Positions 36,001-50,370 of a DNA stretch of 64,000 bases are shown here, piece after piece; position 1 is the stretch's first letter, and every line of letters begins with the position of its first letter. The position numbers were made by a program, and so were the translations under genes. The notes under the pieces were generated by a model that was not told the DNA's origin, ran no database searches, and saw nothing but the letters and a program-made list of their open reading frames with translations. The DNA lies in the NCBI GenBank assembly GCA_047495785.1, contig JBLDXI010000018.1:310001-374000 (forward strand), read 5' to 3'. The DNA is from Lepidodermella squamata. Taxonomy: Eukaryota; Animalia; Gastrotricha.

Positions 36001-38665
36001 TGAGCGGGCAAAAAAGGCCAAGAAATAATAATAGTATTACCGGGCAGTTGGTCGGCAAAAAAATTCGGGTAAATAAACACACCGATTTTTGCGGTCTATA
36101 ATAAATAATATTGATTATTTTTGATTGCCGCTTACGATCCACCTGAAGGTGAAAAAAATCGGGGCTCTAGCAGCCGGCATTTAGTATTTACCCAGGAAAT
36201 ATTGTATTACCCACATCAGTCTGGCGGCGCGAGAATGACGAGCTGTGTAATAAAAAATTACTTGTCTGTTTTAAGGCGCGGTTTTTTTATATATATTACC
36301 ACATCAATCGGCGAGCCAAAAAACGCGCCCATCCGGTTTTTATAGCGATAATGAGCTATATATAGAGATGAATGTATATTTTATGGCGTTAGATCGCGAT
36401 AAAAGACAAGTTGTTTGCCTTGGTTGCCGGCCAAATTGTATGCGCCGCCATGTGATGGAATGCTGGCAAGGAGTTACAATGATACTCATCGCCGTCGGCA
36501 GCCCATCCGGGTGGGGCGATACATTTGCAGCCACGCCAGGCGTAACCTTTCTCGTCACGGTTGCGGTGACGCGCAGGTGCACTTTACGCAAAAAATAATA
36601 AACGCCCTGGTATGCGCGCAGGTTGCGGTTTGTGTACACTGTACGGAACAATTTTACCAGGTCATGTCATGGCATAGACAAAAAAAGAAATCGCACGCAA
36701 GGTGCACTAACTCTTGGAGCGGAAAAATAAACAAATCAATTTGTAAAAATATAATTGAATAAATACGAGAATTGACCTGAAAATCGCTGATATCAAGACA
36801 CTGAGAAATAAATAATTTGTTGAGATCGCAAATTTTTTTAATTTCTCACTTCACTGAATTTTTCAAAGATTTTAGGAAAAATATTTCAGAATTTAGGCCT
36901 ACCTTTGCGTAAACTCGGAAGTATCGGCTGAAAACATATAATATGGCTATTCGAATTTAAACCTGATTTGAGACATAAAATACTTGACATATTTTTTCGT
37001 AATATGCATTGTCATTTCCCTCAAAACAATTTTACAATCGCTCTCGAAGACCAGCAGCACGCGCCACTCTTTCCATTCTTTTTATTTTCTCCATTTTTTC
37101 TTCAGTGAAAACAATACGAAAAAAATGAAAAAAACGGAAAAAATGAGCTCGTGCCACTGGGCTCCGATGCAATTTGTTATGAAAAATATGAAAATGCTCA
37201 TGAAAATAAATAAATAAATAATATAAAATAAAAATAAAATAAAAAATCTTCCATTCGAAGTTGCATTTCGAATAGAACTTCAGACGCCTCTTGTCAGTAA
37301 ATTCGACACATTTTAGTGCATTTAGTAGTAGAAATTGTGTTCTAAAGTTTGAACAGCGTTAACGACGAGGGGCAATTTACCTTTTAGACTTGACCTACCT
37401 ATCAGTAAAAGAGGCGCATTTAAGTAATTGGGGCTACAAATGAGCACACACATGCACGCAATAAAATTGCCAGGTAAGTCCATATAGAGAAGACATTATT
37501 TAGTTCGCGAGCACAAATTGCGCGAGTGCGTTCATGTGTACTTGTGCGCGGAGAATCTTCTGGTCTTAGGATCGCGCTGCTGATCATCAGCCGCGATACT
37601 CAAGTGGACAACACATCGTACAGCTGCAGCAACAGCAAAATCTTACTAATATTTCTACTATTGCTACTACGACAGGTGCTTGCGATAGCGTTTGTTTGCC
37701 TCGGGTAATTTTCGTAACACAACTCTTGTTAATTTTTGCGAGTGGAGTTACGCAATGAACGTGCCCGCGTTTATGCCGCGCGGTGACGGACGGACTTATA
37801 GCTTGTAGGTAAGACAGAGAGGGGCGAAAAACGAACGAACGAGCGAGCTATGCAGATGCTGATGAAGCACGTGAGCACGAACTAGGTAAACACGGCGGCG
37901 AGATTTTTCAAGAGCGCGAGCGAGCGCGGTCCAGTTTTATTATAACCTGCTTGCATAACTTTGAAGATTGTGTAACTGCGCAGCCTTTTCGTGACCGCGA
38001 ATAAATACAACAAAATTAGTTTCAAATAAATGAACTAGCCTCGACAAAACGTAACGCGAAATCTCTAGTTTTCAAATATATTTCGGATTTCGGGTTCTAG
38101 AGAATTGGAAAAATATCTGGGGCAAAAAAAAATGAAAAACGAGGCTGTTATATGAAATTGCGCATCCGATAACGGCCGTAAATTATTCCAGGCCGCTGCG
38201 TGGAAAATGCGATTTTTCCATTCTTGGAGATATGAGTAGGTAGGCGGCATTTTTCATTGCCCCGCTATAATATTTTTATTGCCCCGCAACGGTTTTTTCA
38301 GAAGTTTTATTACACCTGCTGTAACAACGGTTTCAGCGGCTAATTACCGCGATAAAAATCAATAAAAAACAAACACATGAGTCAACCCATTGTTTTATTA
38401 CTTCGATATATTATTATGTTATTATTACCTTGAAAAACAGTGCGGGGATGAGCCACACCACAAAAAATGAGGAAGTATTATCATCAGTTATTACTGGCAC
38501 TTTCAAATAATCACGGCATCGATATAAAAAACGGTGAAGGTTAGGTAACAACTACAGCGAGTGAGGTTAAGTATATTATTTAAGCTTTATTGAAAGCGTA
38601 AAAAAATGAGCTGATGAGATCTTGCTATGAAGCGCGGAATGATTTTTTAGTACAAATTATTACTA

Positions 38666-41600
38666 TTACTTGGGTCGTTGTTGCTTGCCGATGAGGCGCT
38701 CTTCGAGCTCTTTCTTCTCCCTAACAACAATAGAATAGCTGTATTTGAGGTTTTCTAGCTCCTGAAAAAATTCCGGACCGAAATTAGCGAGCTCGGCGCG
38801 GAGTCGCGCGATTTCGGCCTTGGCCTGTTGCAACTCGCCGGCGATGCGCTGTTCACGCTCGGCTGAATCGCCCAGCAGCTGCGTCAGCTCGACGACTCGG
38901 CTGCGCAGTCGCTCCACGTCACCACTCGTCTGTGACTGCTGTACAACAGCCGCACGCTTTTCGCCCTGCAACATGAGATTTACAATTGGATTTAGAAATT
39001 TAAAAAAAATGTAGGAAAACTGAAATAATTTGAAATACGAAATTGAGGCAACTCTATTGTTCAGGGTATTCCCAGTCAAATGTGACGGTACCTATTGCCC
39101 GTATAAATTGATTAAAAAATTCAATTTATTCCAGGTGGCATTTGACAGTTCTCAAAACCTCGTTCACAGCCCTCAGCCAATCCCGAATCGGCAGATATTT
39201 CAAGGTTTCTGGAGCAATTCTCTGCGATTTTTCAAAATTTTCATCAACTAAGTTACACAGTGAAAAATGTAGCAATCCAGGCAAAAATTCAATTGTATCC
39301 GAAATTTGAAAAATTTAACCTAGCCATAATTTTCGGACAAAAATACTAAAAACTTTTACAATTTTTCAAAAACTTAAAAAATTTGAAAAATTGAAATTCA
39401 TTAAAAAATGACTAAGGGTCGGCTTATACGCTTGATTCAATAGCGAATTTAGTTCTTTACCAATATTTTTTCAAGTCCGCCGATATTTAATTTAGTTTTC
39501 GAGGATAATTCATGATTCATGCGCTACAGGTTCGAGCTGTTATTTGAAAAATGGCAAAAATAGGATAAGAAACAATCAAGGCTAGTATGGAAAATTAGGT
39601 ACGAACTTGTTGCTGCTGGTTAGTAAGGGCAAGTTGTTGCTTCAACTCGGCCATTTCCCGCGCCTGTTGTTCCTTGGTCACGTCGCTGCGGTGCCGCGCC
39701 TCCTGTTCGCGCTTCAGCTCGGCTCGCAGTTTGTCGTACTCGTTCGACAACTTGGCCGCGCCGCGTTCGACAGCCGAGTACCGCTCGGCCACCGCCTGAC
39801 CCACCGTCTGTTCAAGTTCGGCGACTTTCTCGCGCAAATCGCGATTTTCAACTCGCAAACGGCCGACTTCGGCATTCGACACGCCCTCAGTTGAATTTTT
39901 CAACAGTTCATTTTCGTTCTGCAATCGATCGATTACCTTGAAAAAAACGAAACAGATTGAAATTTGCTAATTCGAAACTCAAAACTTCAGATTATCGAAA
40001 ACTCAAAATTAAAAATAAATTCAAATTTCAAAATTTCAGAAATTTCAGAGCCATTTTATGATTTTAAAATGTTTTCGCACCTTTTTAAGCAGTGCAATTG
40101 TCTTTTCAAGATCAGCCGGTGAGCGGCCACTCTCGCCAATTCGCCTCACATTTCCACTGATAGCCGACAACCCGCCATTGCTGCCTCGCCCACTCAATTG
40201 GCTGTTCTCCGTCTTCAGCAGATCAACATATTTCTCGAGATCTTCGTTCTTCTCGCGCAGTCGGGCCACTTCCTTACGCAGGCCGTCCAGTTCGAGTTTC
40301 ATCGACAGAGCGGCTTCCGGGCCTGAGGTGCCGATGAGCCGTGACGGTTGGTTCAGCAGTTCGTCACGCTCTTTGCCCAGCCGCTCGAGGGCTGATTTCA
40401 GAATGTCATTAGCCCGCGTTAGTTGGATGACCTCGGCCTCTTTCGACCGCAACTGATCGCGAAGTTTATTCGCATCGGGCGATTTCGGGGCTCGGCTTGA
40501 TTGGGGTCTGGAAAAAACATGCATTCAGGATAAAATCGCGAGTTAGTTCATGCGGGATGAATCGTTTTGAGGATTAAGGAATGAATTTTATGGATATCAG
40601 AAAAATCAATTAAAAAATCGATAAAGATGGAGGATAATCACAGGGATTAGAATTGAGTTCAGATTTGAAGTTCAAAATGCAACGTCCTAATTTTTCAATC
40701 AAATTATTGGTTTTCCGTAAGTGATTTTGTACTCACCTTTCCATAATTGGCGATCCAGACGCGACTCTTTCCGCGTGGCCGATCGGGCGTTCAAGTTGGC
40801 GCCGCAAATCGTCGACATCCGCCTCAAGCCGCTGCTTGTCAGCCTTAAATTTCGCCAGCTGATTCGCCTTCTTCACCAACTCCTCCTTGAGCCGATGCAA
40901 CTCCTCCCGCAGCCCAGCATCCGCCTCCTTTTTATCCCGCGCGGCTTGCTTCATCGAACTCAACTCACCCTCAGCCTTTTCAACCCGGTTCTGCAGCTCC
41001 TTGGTCCGTTTTTCCACCAATTTCTCAATATTCGCGCCCTGAACTGCGTCGTCGGTTTTTTGCTTCGCCAATAACTCGGCCTGGCTGAGCAATTCGCCTC
41101 TAACATCGGCTAAGGCTTTCGCCAGTTGCTGCGTCTTCTTCTCCTTTTCGTTAATCTGCCCTCGCAATTTCTCAACCAGCTGTTTCATTGCATTCGTCGG
41201 GCCCTTTTGCCGTTCCAACGCCAATTCAGCCTCAAGTCGTTCATTCGTCGCCCTTTCGGCTAGAACCTGCCGCCTAACGTTGTCCAATTCGCGTAAAATC
41301 TTCGCCCTTTCGTCCTCTTTCGCACTTCGGTGCTGCTCTAGCTCGGACTGAATTCGGCCGAAAGTCGCCTGAGCTTCAGCCTTTTGCCTCGATATCTTGC
41401 TCTCGGCATCGTGCAGTTTCTCGTGAAGTTCGGTGATGACGCGCCGCTGTTCGCGTTCAATGTCTTCGAGTTCATGGAGACGCGTGATCATCTCGGCTGT
41501 AGGCGGTGAAATGTTGCTTTGGCCGGTTTTCGCGGCGGCTAGCAAGGCTGCGTTCATTTCAGAAGCTAACATGTCGCGATCAGCTGTCAAACGAGCTTGA

Positions 41601-44600
41601 ACATTCTGCAAAAAAAATGAATCGTGAAAACCAAACTTTTCCATTTGTTTCGAATTAAGACCGGGGAAATGTGAAATTCGTTAATAACTGATTAGGAAAT
41701 CACTTAAATAATTAAACTTAAATCACTTCAATGAATAAATTCTGAACAAAAATTCTTGAAATTCCTAACTAGAGATAAGCAACAGATTCCATACGAGATT
41801 TTTCCTGCAATATATTTTTACCTGTAATTCATTTTCGTAAGCTCGCTGTTGCGATTCGAAATCGGCCCGTAACTGTGCGACAAGCTGTTCGAACCGGCGT
41901 ATCGTCTCGTCCTTCTGATCGATGCGCCGCTTCAGCGATTCGATCGAAGTTCGAGCGACGCGCAGTTGCCGCCTCAACTGGCCCGTCGGCCCGCTTTCGT
42001 CGACATCCGGCCGCTCGGCGTCGTACTCGGCCGAGGCGAGACTGCCGGCCGCTGTCATGGCCGCGGCTTGTTCCGTGGCTGGCAGGCGAATTCGAAGCTC
42101 CGATATGAGCCGGTTCTGGTGTAGCAGCCCCGTTTCGGCATCGCGAAGTCGCTGATCGTTGTCTTCAAGTTTCTTACGCAAAACCTGAAACAAACAGAAA
42201 GCAAAGTTGAAAATAAACAAGACAAGATAAATCTCGCGAGAAACAGTTAAAAAAAATGAATTTTACCAGAGGTGGGGTTCGAACCCACGCGGGATTACTC
42301 CCATCAGATCTTAAGTCTGACCTCTTAAACCACTCGAGCACTCTGGTTGTGTGAATAAATCGATCTGGAATGCTTTAAAGCTAGAGTGACCAAATAAGTT
42401 TGCTCCAAATCGAAAATTAAATCGTACAAGAATTGAATAGATCTTAAATTTTGTGAGTATCAACACTCAGCTCTAAATTTAAATTCAGCTTGGTTTTCAA
42501 GCTTGACCCATTTTCACCCATTTAGGTTTTTAGATGAATTTCGAAAAATTCAACAAAATTCCAAATTATTACCCAACATTAAAATACAGAATTGTCTGGT
42601 ACCTTATTCTCGGCGCCTCGTTCCAGCAGTGCTTTCACGCATGATTTGATCGTAGTTTTAGCCGCGTCCAGTTGCGCCAGCGGCGGCAGAGTTGGATCCG
42701 GCATGGCCTGCATTTCGTTCTCAAACTGCAGCGCCCCGCCGGCGATGTCGCCGAGCTGCTTCTCCAGCGATATGACAACCTGTTCGAGGTAGACCTCGCG
42801 CTGTTCCCACTCCATCTGCTGCATTTCCAACTCGCGTTTCGCCGCCACCAACTCAGCTTCCAACGTCACGATCGACTGCTCGCGACGAGCGATTGCCGAC
42901 TCGTCGACCTTCACTTGGTCCTCGAGGCGCATTATCAATCTAATAAAATTAACAATAATTAACAATAATCGATAAATTCGATTTTGTTCAAATTTAAAGT
43001 CGATTTAAAGAAGTTGATTTGAAGACTTTGAACTCCGCGATCTCCAATCAAAAGTAAAATTAAATTGAATTAAAGATTCAGAATTTATTTTATTTCCCAA
43101 TTTTTCAAAATTTGAATTTGTCCACATTATAATTATTGTTAAAGCTTGATTTTAAAAGTGGAATTCAAAATGTTCAAAAATCTGAACTTTAATTTTGAAG
43201 TTCCTCTTTCAACCATTTTCCCCTCCGATAGAAATTTTCAAATATTTTTTCAAAAATCAAGATCATACCTTCGATTTCTGAGGTCATCGATTCGCAACTG
43301 CTCCAGCTTCTGATGCCATTCCGTCAACCGCTGAGCCGCCGCAGCCGGGCCCTCCTTCACCCCAGCCAACAGTTCCTCCAAGCCGCGCTGCTTCAGCCGC
43401 GTCGCCTCGAGCTCAAACTCCGCTGATTCCCGCCGCACCGACGCCTCCCTCAGATCCTCCGCAATTTTCCTCTTATTATCCTCCAATTCAATCAAAGCCT
43501 TGGTAAGTTTTTCCTGCTGAGAAAGCGGCACGGATCCGATGAATTGTTGCCGCAACGAGTGAACAGTCCGTCGCAGTTGCCGAATTCGATTCGACGATTC
43601 CGTTCGCTGGAAATGCAGCGTATGCTCTCGATCCTCCAACCGCCGTTCAATTTTCGCCAATTCAAGCTCCAACATCGCAATTCGCTGCTGGGCCCCGTCC
43701 AACTGAGCGACGGCAAACGCCTCGCTAGCCTGCAGCTGCAATAATTGGCCATGTAACCGAACTATCATCGCCTTTTCATCGGACTGGAGTTGAAAATCGC
43801 GAATTTGATTTCGCAGTGATTCAACCTCGTTTTCAATTCGATTTCGCCTCAAATCGACAGCTTTTCGTTGTAGTACAGCGACATCTCGCATTTCTTTCAG
43901 CTGTGAAACCTCATTTTTCAAGACGACCTCAGTTTTTTCCAATTCTGAACTTCGATTTCGGTCAGATTCGTAAATCGACCTAGGTACGCTGTTCGCGAGT
44001 TCATCGCGTAGTTCCCGCTCGATTTTCTGCGATTCGAGGTTCAGTTTCGTAATCTCAGCGAATCTGTGCTCGAGTTCGCGGTTTCGCGATTCCAGCTGAT
44101 CGGCGACTGATTTCAGCTGGTCCTGCATGCGGACAGCGTGCTCGGCGCGTTCTCGCTCGTTGAGCTCTTTCATTTCAAGCGCCGCCACTTTGCGGCTGAT
44201 GCTTTGAATGTGCCCGGCGGTTATTGCCGACTGCGAGTCTGGCACCATGCCTTTTGCGGCGAATTCTTCGACCACGGCTTGGAAACCGGTTTTCAGCTCT
44301 TTTTCTGACATCAATTCGCGCTTCAAATTGTCGTTTTCACGCCGCAAGCTTTCATTTGTCACCTGGGAAAATAATTCATCAATATTACCTCGAATTTTCA
44401 TATTATTCTAATTTCAACTAATTTCAAACAAAAATTTTAAATTGGTCCAAATATCAGGGAAAATCTTACGCCGGTACCAAATTTCATTTAATTAAATACC
44501 TAACCATTTTATTTGTTATAATTGGGGATTTGAAACTGATTGGAATGATTTGGTACGGAATTCAGTGACGCTTGGCACTGAATTCAATAATTTGGTAATG

Positions 44601-47600
44601 ACTTCACTACATCCCGAATTTCAGACGATCGATCGGTTTAAAAGCTCAATTTATATTTAGAAAATTATATTTGTGAAAATTCTAAAAAATTTACAGTGCA
44701 CACCCTACATTTTGGGTTTCCCATTTAAATTTGAGAATCTTCAAAAATCTTCAAAAATTTCATCTTTAAATAGCATTTTTGGCTTCAATTTATGAACTCA
44801 TCCCTCCGAAAATCGAAAAAACGCCGTATACCTTGAGATCATCTGCGATTCGGCTTGCATCGACCATGATCTGCTGGCGCTCGAGTAATTCTCGATACTG
44901 CATAGTCGCCTCGTCGAGCCGCTTACTCAGCACCTCATAATCCGCCAGTGGAATCGACTGATCCAACTGCCGCTGCAGAAAAGACACGCGAAACAGCGCA
45001 GCCTCTTTAAACCTCTGCAACGACCCGATTCGCTGCATAACAGCCGCTTGCAGTTTGATCGAATCCGCCCTCAGCCGATCATTCTCCCGTTTCACGCCGT
45101 TCAGGTCAAACTCAGCCGCCTCCAGTTGCAACGCGGTTCGCTTTTCAGTCACCCTAGCAACAGTCGCCCGTCTCGTGCATTCAACCGCATGCTTGCGATA
45201 CTGCCCCTCCGCATCGCCGGCATTGTTGGCCGATGAAAATAAATTCAGCATTTTCTCAAATTCATCCAGCTTAATTTGATCTTCACTTCGCAGATCTTCC
45301 AGCTTTTTAGCCCGATTTTCGGCTGATTTCAACTGGTCTTCAAACGATTTCTTCGCCTTGGCGTAGTCTTCGTAGATTAAACTCTGCTGGTGGCGAATTA
45401 CACTGATTTGCCGCTTGTAATCTTGAAGCGCGGAGTTGGTTTCACTCAACAACTTCGCCTTGACTGAACTTTCGTGTAAAACTTGAACTAGATGGTCAGT
45501 CAACGCTGCGATCGTCTCAGCCGACGTCGGCGCCATATTGTCCGGCAATTTGAACCGGTGGAACCTCAAACCACCCCCGCTTTCTTGCAACTCCGTCTTT
45601 AACGCAGTCAATTCTTGGTTCAATTTCGAATTTTGAGTCGATAAATTCATCGACTCTTGGCGTAAAGCCCGGTTTTCCTCACGTAGCTCAGCGCATCGGC
45701 CGTGGAATCGGTCTAGTTCAGCCCGTAACCAGGCAGCCATGTCGTCCCCACCCAAATTTCGCACTTCCAACGCCGCGACGAATCTGTCCAGAGATGGGCA
45801 TTCAATAACATTTCCACTCGCATTTTGAACCGCCCCCTTTCGAATCATTTTATCGAGTTCGGTCAGCGCGTTGGATAAATTGCCGAGATCTTGCTTGAGA
45901 TTGCCATTCTCCTTGCGCAGAACATCCAATTCCGCGGAGGTTACGTGCAATTTATCCGCTTGTTCGGCTAAATCGCGGCGCAAATTCGAAACTTCGATGC
46001 CACCCTCCAAAATTTCCGCCCGGTTTCTCGCGCTAGGCGGCGGGGCTGAGTTGAGCAAACCAGCGTTATCTCGACGGATGATTTCTTCGACGGTTTTCGA
46101 AACAGGCTTCCGCAGCTCGGCCATCAATTCGTCGGAAATCACCGAGCCGCGTGAATCTTTCGGAATTTTATTCGCCAGAATTCGCAATTTCGACTTCAAC
46201 TCCGAACGCTCTGACTCAAGCAGTTCAATTTCCTTCTGCAGAACTTGGTTCAACAACCGGTCGGACATGCGTTGCTGAACGGCGAAGGCCTTGTAGTCGG
46301 TCATATCGATGGGAGCGGCCGGGTCCATGCCTAATTTTCGCCTCAATTCTTCATTTTCATCGTACAAATTGTTCAGCTTAGTTTCGCACTCATTCGCAAT
46401 GCGAGACATTTCAACGAGTTTCTTCTCGTGTTTCGCCACTTCGTCCTTCCAATGCTTGATTTCATCGACGGCGTCACGTAGACCGTAACCGTTTTCGTAT
46501 TTCGCCATACGCTCGAGGCCTTCGTAGATTTTCTTGTCCTTGGCTAGGAGTTCCAACTCGGCTTGTTCGCATTTTTGCTCGATTTCCTTCATCATAGCTT
46601 CTTGGGCTTTCATTTTCTTCTGAGCCTCGAATAGCTGGACTTGAGGATCGTCCCGGCCTCCCTTTTCTGACGTGACTCTCTTGATAGCTTCGAGTTCATT
46701 CGCGTGTTTTTCAATATCTTTTGATGCTTCAACCAATTTTTTCCGCATATTTTCGATTTGTTCGTCGCGTTCTGCCAGTGCCTTGGTCAACATGCCAACA
46801 GAAGCTCGATCAGCATCGGCCGTCGCCAGGTTTAATTGGTGCTGCAAGTCAGTGATTCCGCGTTCCAACTCCGAAATTCTAGCGTCCTTCGCGCCAAGAA
46901 GCAGCTTCCATTCTTCGATTCGTTTGTTAACAACACTCATAATTTGATCGTCGTCATCGCTTTTCGACATTACGCGTTGTTTAAGGTCGGAAATTTGAAA
47001 CTCGAGCCGTTGATTCAAGCCGCGCAGCTCATTGATAACACCGTCGTTGATCTGTACTTGCGCTTTGAGCTTGCGAATTTCATCCGCAGCGCCTTCGATG
47101 GTTTCATTCGCTTCTTTCAGCTTGTTCTTCAGCTCTTCATTGTCGTGTTCTAAATGGTCTTTCACGTGCTCGAGTTCTCGTCGTTGTTCTTCATGCTCGG
47201 TTTTGCGTTTTTCCGACGTGAAACGCGTATGCTCGGCATCGCTCGCCTTTTGTTGCAACAGCTCTCGCTATAACAAAACATGATATAGGAGACAGAACTC
47301 GGTCAGTTACAATAGGACGCACCTCTTTCTTTGAACTCGCGAGTTCATCTTCCAGATCGTTCAATCTTTTCGTTAATTCAGCAGTTTTCTTGACAATCTC
47401 CTCATCTTTCTGCATATCGAATTAAAAAACTGATCACAAGCTGAGCTGATCTAAATTGAAACTAACCTCTTTCAAATTTCTATTCAAATCATCAATCGTA
47501 TTGGTCATGTCTTCTCTATAGCGATCGTGCTCGGCTTGCTTGCGAGCAAAGTCAGTCGTTTTCCTTTCCATTTCACTTTCCACTGTAAAATTAACAAAAA

Positions 47601-47820
47601 ATCAGCTCGGTGCTTGTGAGCAATGGAATAGCGAGAAATTACTTTTGTTGACAACGAGTTCTGCGGACATTTGCAGCATTTGGGCCAGTTTGTGAATTCG
47701 TGGTAGGTCGACATCATCTACTACTTCCCACTGCAGAAGTGTTTCGAAAACAGCATCGGCTTGCCTTTCGACTTGCTCCTCGTCAAATCCTTCAATTGTT
47801 GATAGGTTCAACGGGGGCAT
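38666..47820 (-). CDS. CEP290: Centrosomal protein CEP290 (ciliary transition zone), about 11 exons, roughly 2,100-2,200 aa
   Basis: Long coiled-coil exons with CEP290-like segments: N-terminal MPPLN, YENGYGLRDAVDEIK, ENEELRRKLG, VIRHQQSLIY.DY, LEMKELNERERAEHA, LVEKLRGQINEKEKKTQQLAKAL, DLEKTIALLKKV and C-terminal FGPEFFQELENLKYSY. GT-AG introns link the ORF-track pieces. Confidence 0.92.
42264..42347 (-). tRNA. tRNA-Leu(TAA) inside a CEP290 intron, same strand
   Basis: ACCAGAG/CTCTGGT acceptor stem, anticodon arm TCAGA-CTTAAGA-TCTGA, long variable arm GGGAGTAATCCC, downstream T-run. Confidence 0.92.
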
Positions 47821-50370
47821 ACTTTCCGATTTGACGTCAGATTAGTAATATCAAAGCAGGTATCATCTAAATGACTGCGAAATTAGAAAAACGATGGAAA
47901 ATTAGGTAATGCTTAGCCGTTGTGTAAGCAGAGATTCGGGGATGATTGGAGCACATTATTCCGATGAACGCACTACATTTCACAACGATATCAAAGTAAG
48001 AGGTAAGACAGCTAAATCAACATTACTGCATGCCTGAAGAATATAAAACCAATAAAACTCAAGCATACATTAATCTGAAAGAGTTTGAGAAAGTCATTTA
48101 AGCAGCTGAACATGGAGTCTCATAGATTCAAATGACTTAACGTGGCAAGGAATCGGTAAAATGGTTCTTGCTTCCTCTATTTTACATGGATCTCAACAAA
48201 ATTCGATGACGTGCTGCCTATTATTTTGCATCTCCATCGAGCAGTTCAGTTAAATTCAAGCCCAAACATATAAGACAAAAGCTTTTTCCAAACCGAAACT
48301 CCTTGAGGCCGATTTTCTATAATACCGGCTCTGATTCGCGGGGTCTAGCATCAATCTTTTATCTCATTCTATGATAAATGAAGAGAGGATTAAGCTGCAT
48401 GAAAATAGATATAAATAGTTTCAATTCGAGCTATCCCTTACATAACGCCTGTCAGAGTTGCTGGCCATTGACTTCAACAGGCAAATAAGCGTCTCGGCGT
48501 CAGCGAAAGAAAAGAGCCAAAGCTAAGGACGCTAAAGTCAATACCAAAATACAAATTTATTTTTAATCAACAAAAAAATTTATTTTTATTATATTTATAA
48601 CATGTAACATTTGTGTGTCAAAACTTTTACCCGCGGAAAATTTGAATTTTCAAAAGAAGAACAAGAAAACTAGGAGCTAGCCTTTTGCTCCACGGGTGGG
48701 CCGTATTCCATGATTGACAACACGACCAGACACCTGGTGACATTAGTGGGGCAGTTGGCAAATTGCGGTGTGATGTGATCTGTTCGCCAGCAATGGAATT
48801 TACGTGAACACTTTTAATTAGGGGTTAAGACAGGATGTGTATTTCTAATTCAACTTCGTTATTGACAGTCCCATTCCTCATCGCTTCAACGTTGCCCCTT
48901 CCTATTTTCTTTTCTAGAATTCCAATATACGCTTATTGGACAATAATAGTTTAGATTTCGGGTTTTCGGATTGAATTCGTTGAATTCGTTGAAGTCCACT
49001 GCTCGTCTCGCGCAAGATTACAACATGGCCATGGGACTTTCCTAGGTCCACATTTTCCTTGTCGATCAACGGGTTTAGTTATCGTCAGCACATAATACCG
49101 ATTTGGAAGTGATTAACCGAATTGCGGAATTTGTTATCCAAAGCGCGCGCTTTATTTGCGCGTTCAATTCTACTAAAAGTCAACCATAAAGTTTCAAGAG
49201 CCACTGAACTCAACACCCTGAAATCTTGAGTTTAGAGTTCTTGATTTTTTCTGCATTCAATAAACCATTAAGCATTTACCCGTTTTTTAGTCCTTTTAGG
49301 CAATTCATATCGAATATCATTGCCCGCATCTTTGTTTAACGCGCCGGTACAGCTTGAGGCTATTTAATCACAAACTCATTTTTTTGGCATTTACAATCGC
49401 TTCAGCGCAGAATTACCTGCGACAGAAACCGCGTTATCGATATTTTCAGGTTTCAATGCCCTAAATATCATCGGAAATGTCCAGGGTGCTTAATAATTTT
49501 CGCTACTGCATTTGCAAATTTCTACATATTGTTGTACATATTGTTTTGGTATATTTTTACCAAATTATAGCGAAAACAGGACTCTTATGACGGCTTTTGC
49601 TTCTCTTTCAACTTTCAAGTTGCGGTTAATAAGTATTATCTGAGATTGTGTTTTTTATTAATTTGCCTATTTGCCTATTAATTGAAAAAAATGAGCAATC
49701 TTTCTTCAAGTTTTGAGTACTAATCGAGCAATAAACAATCATCAAGATGTTTACTTATTTAATTGATTGGCGTTGTTTGATCTTTGATGTGATGCGCGCG
49801 CGCGTTGTGCCTGGACGATTAAACACATCCAGGGTGCGAGGGGTTGTGCGTGCCTGGATGCGCGCATCGTTGCAGTTCATTATTTTCACGGTAGCAACTC
49901 TTGAAACTACTATAACCGTTTCGTGTTTTGTCTACGTACGTACTGTAGTACTGTAGTAGTTTACCCCGCGCGCCGCGCTTCCGCAATCGCGCTCACAACA
50001 AAAGGCGTGGCCTGTTGAAGTGTTAAACGCCCCTCTTACTCGGCACTCCACTAACGACGTGTGAGTAATCCCTGGCTGCGCGCGGCCCTCGCCTCCTTGG
50101 AGGAATAGAGAATTACTATTCCTCCAAGCTCGCCTCACTTATTTAAAATAATCCGTGTCGGCGCTTTTTATCTCGCGCACTATTGTTTATCTGTTGACAT
50201 AAAACGTTGTACGCGCCAAGAAGCAGGGGAGGCGCAGAAAACAAATAACAACCTAGGGCCAATTCGCGGCTACTCTTTGATGTTTTGCCGCACCCTGATT
50301 AATTATTATTCCTCTAAAGTTGCCTTCTCGCTCTTAAAAAAAGTATTTAACATTTTTAGACTGTTCAACA

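Noticed and set aside
38820-47283. Many plus-strand ORFs antisense to CEP290 (and similar shadows over the kinase, Notum, CHMP2A and tomosyn)
   Set aside because: Antisense shadows of GC-rich or coiled-coil coding sequence with no independent signals.
47870-48560. Possible plus-strand gene divergent from CEP290
   Set aside because: Donor-like sites are present but I could not assemble a consistent ORF or recognise any motif.
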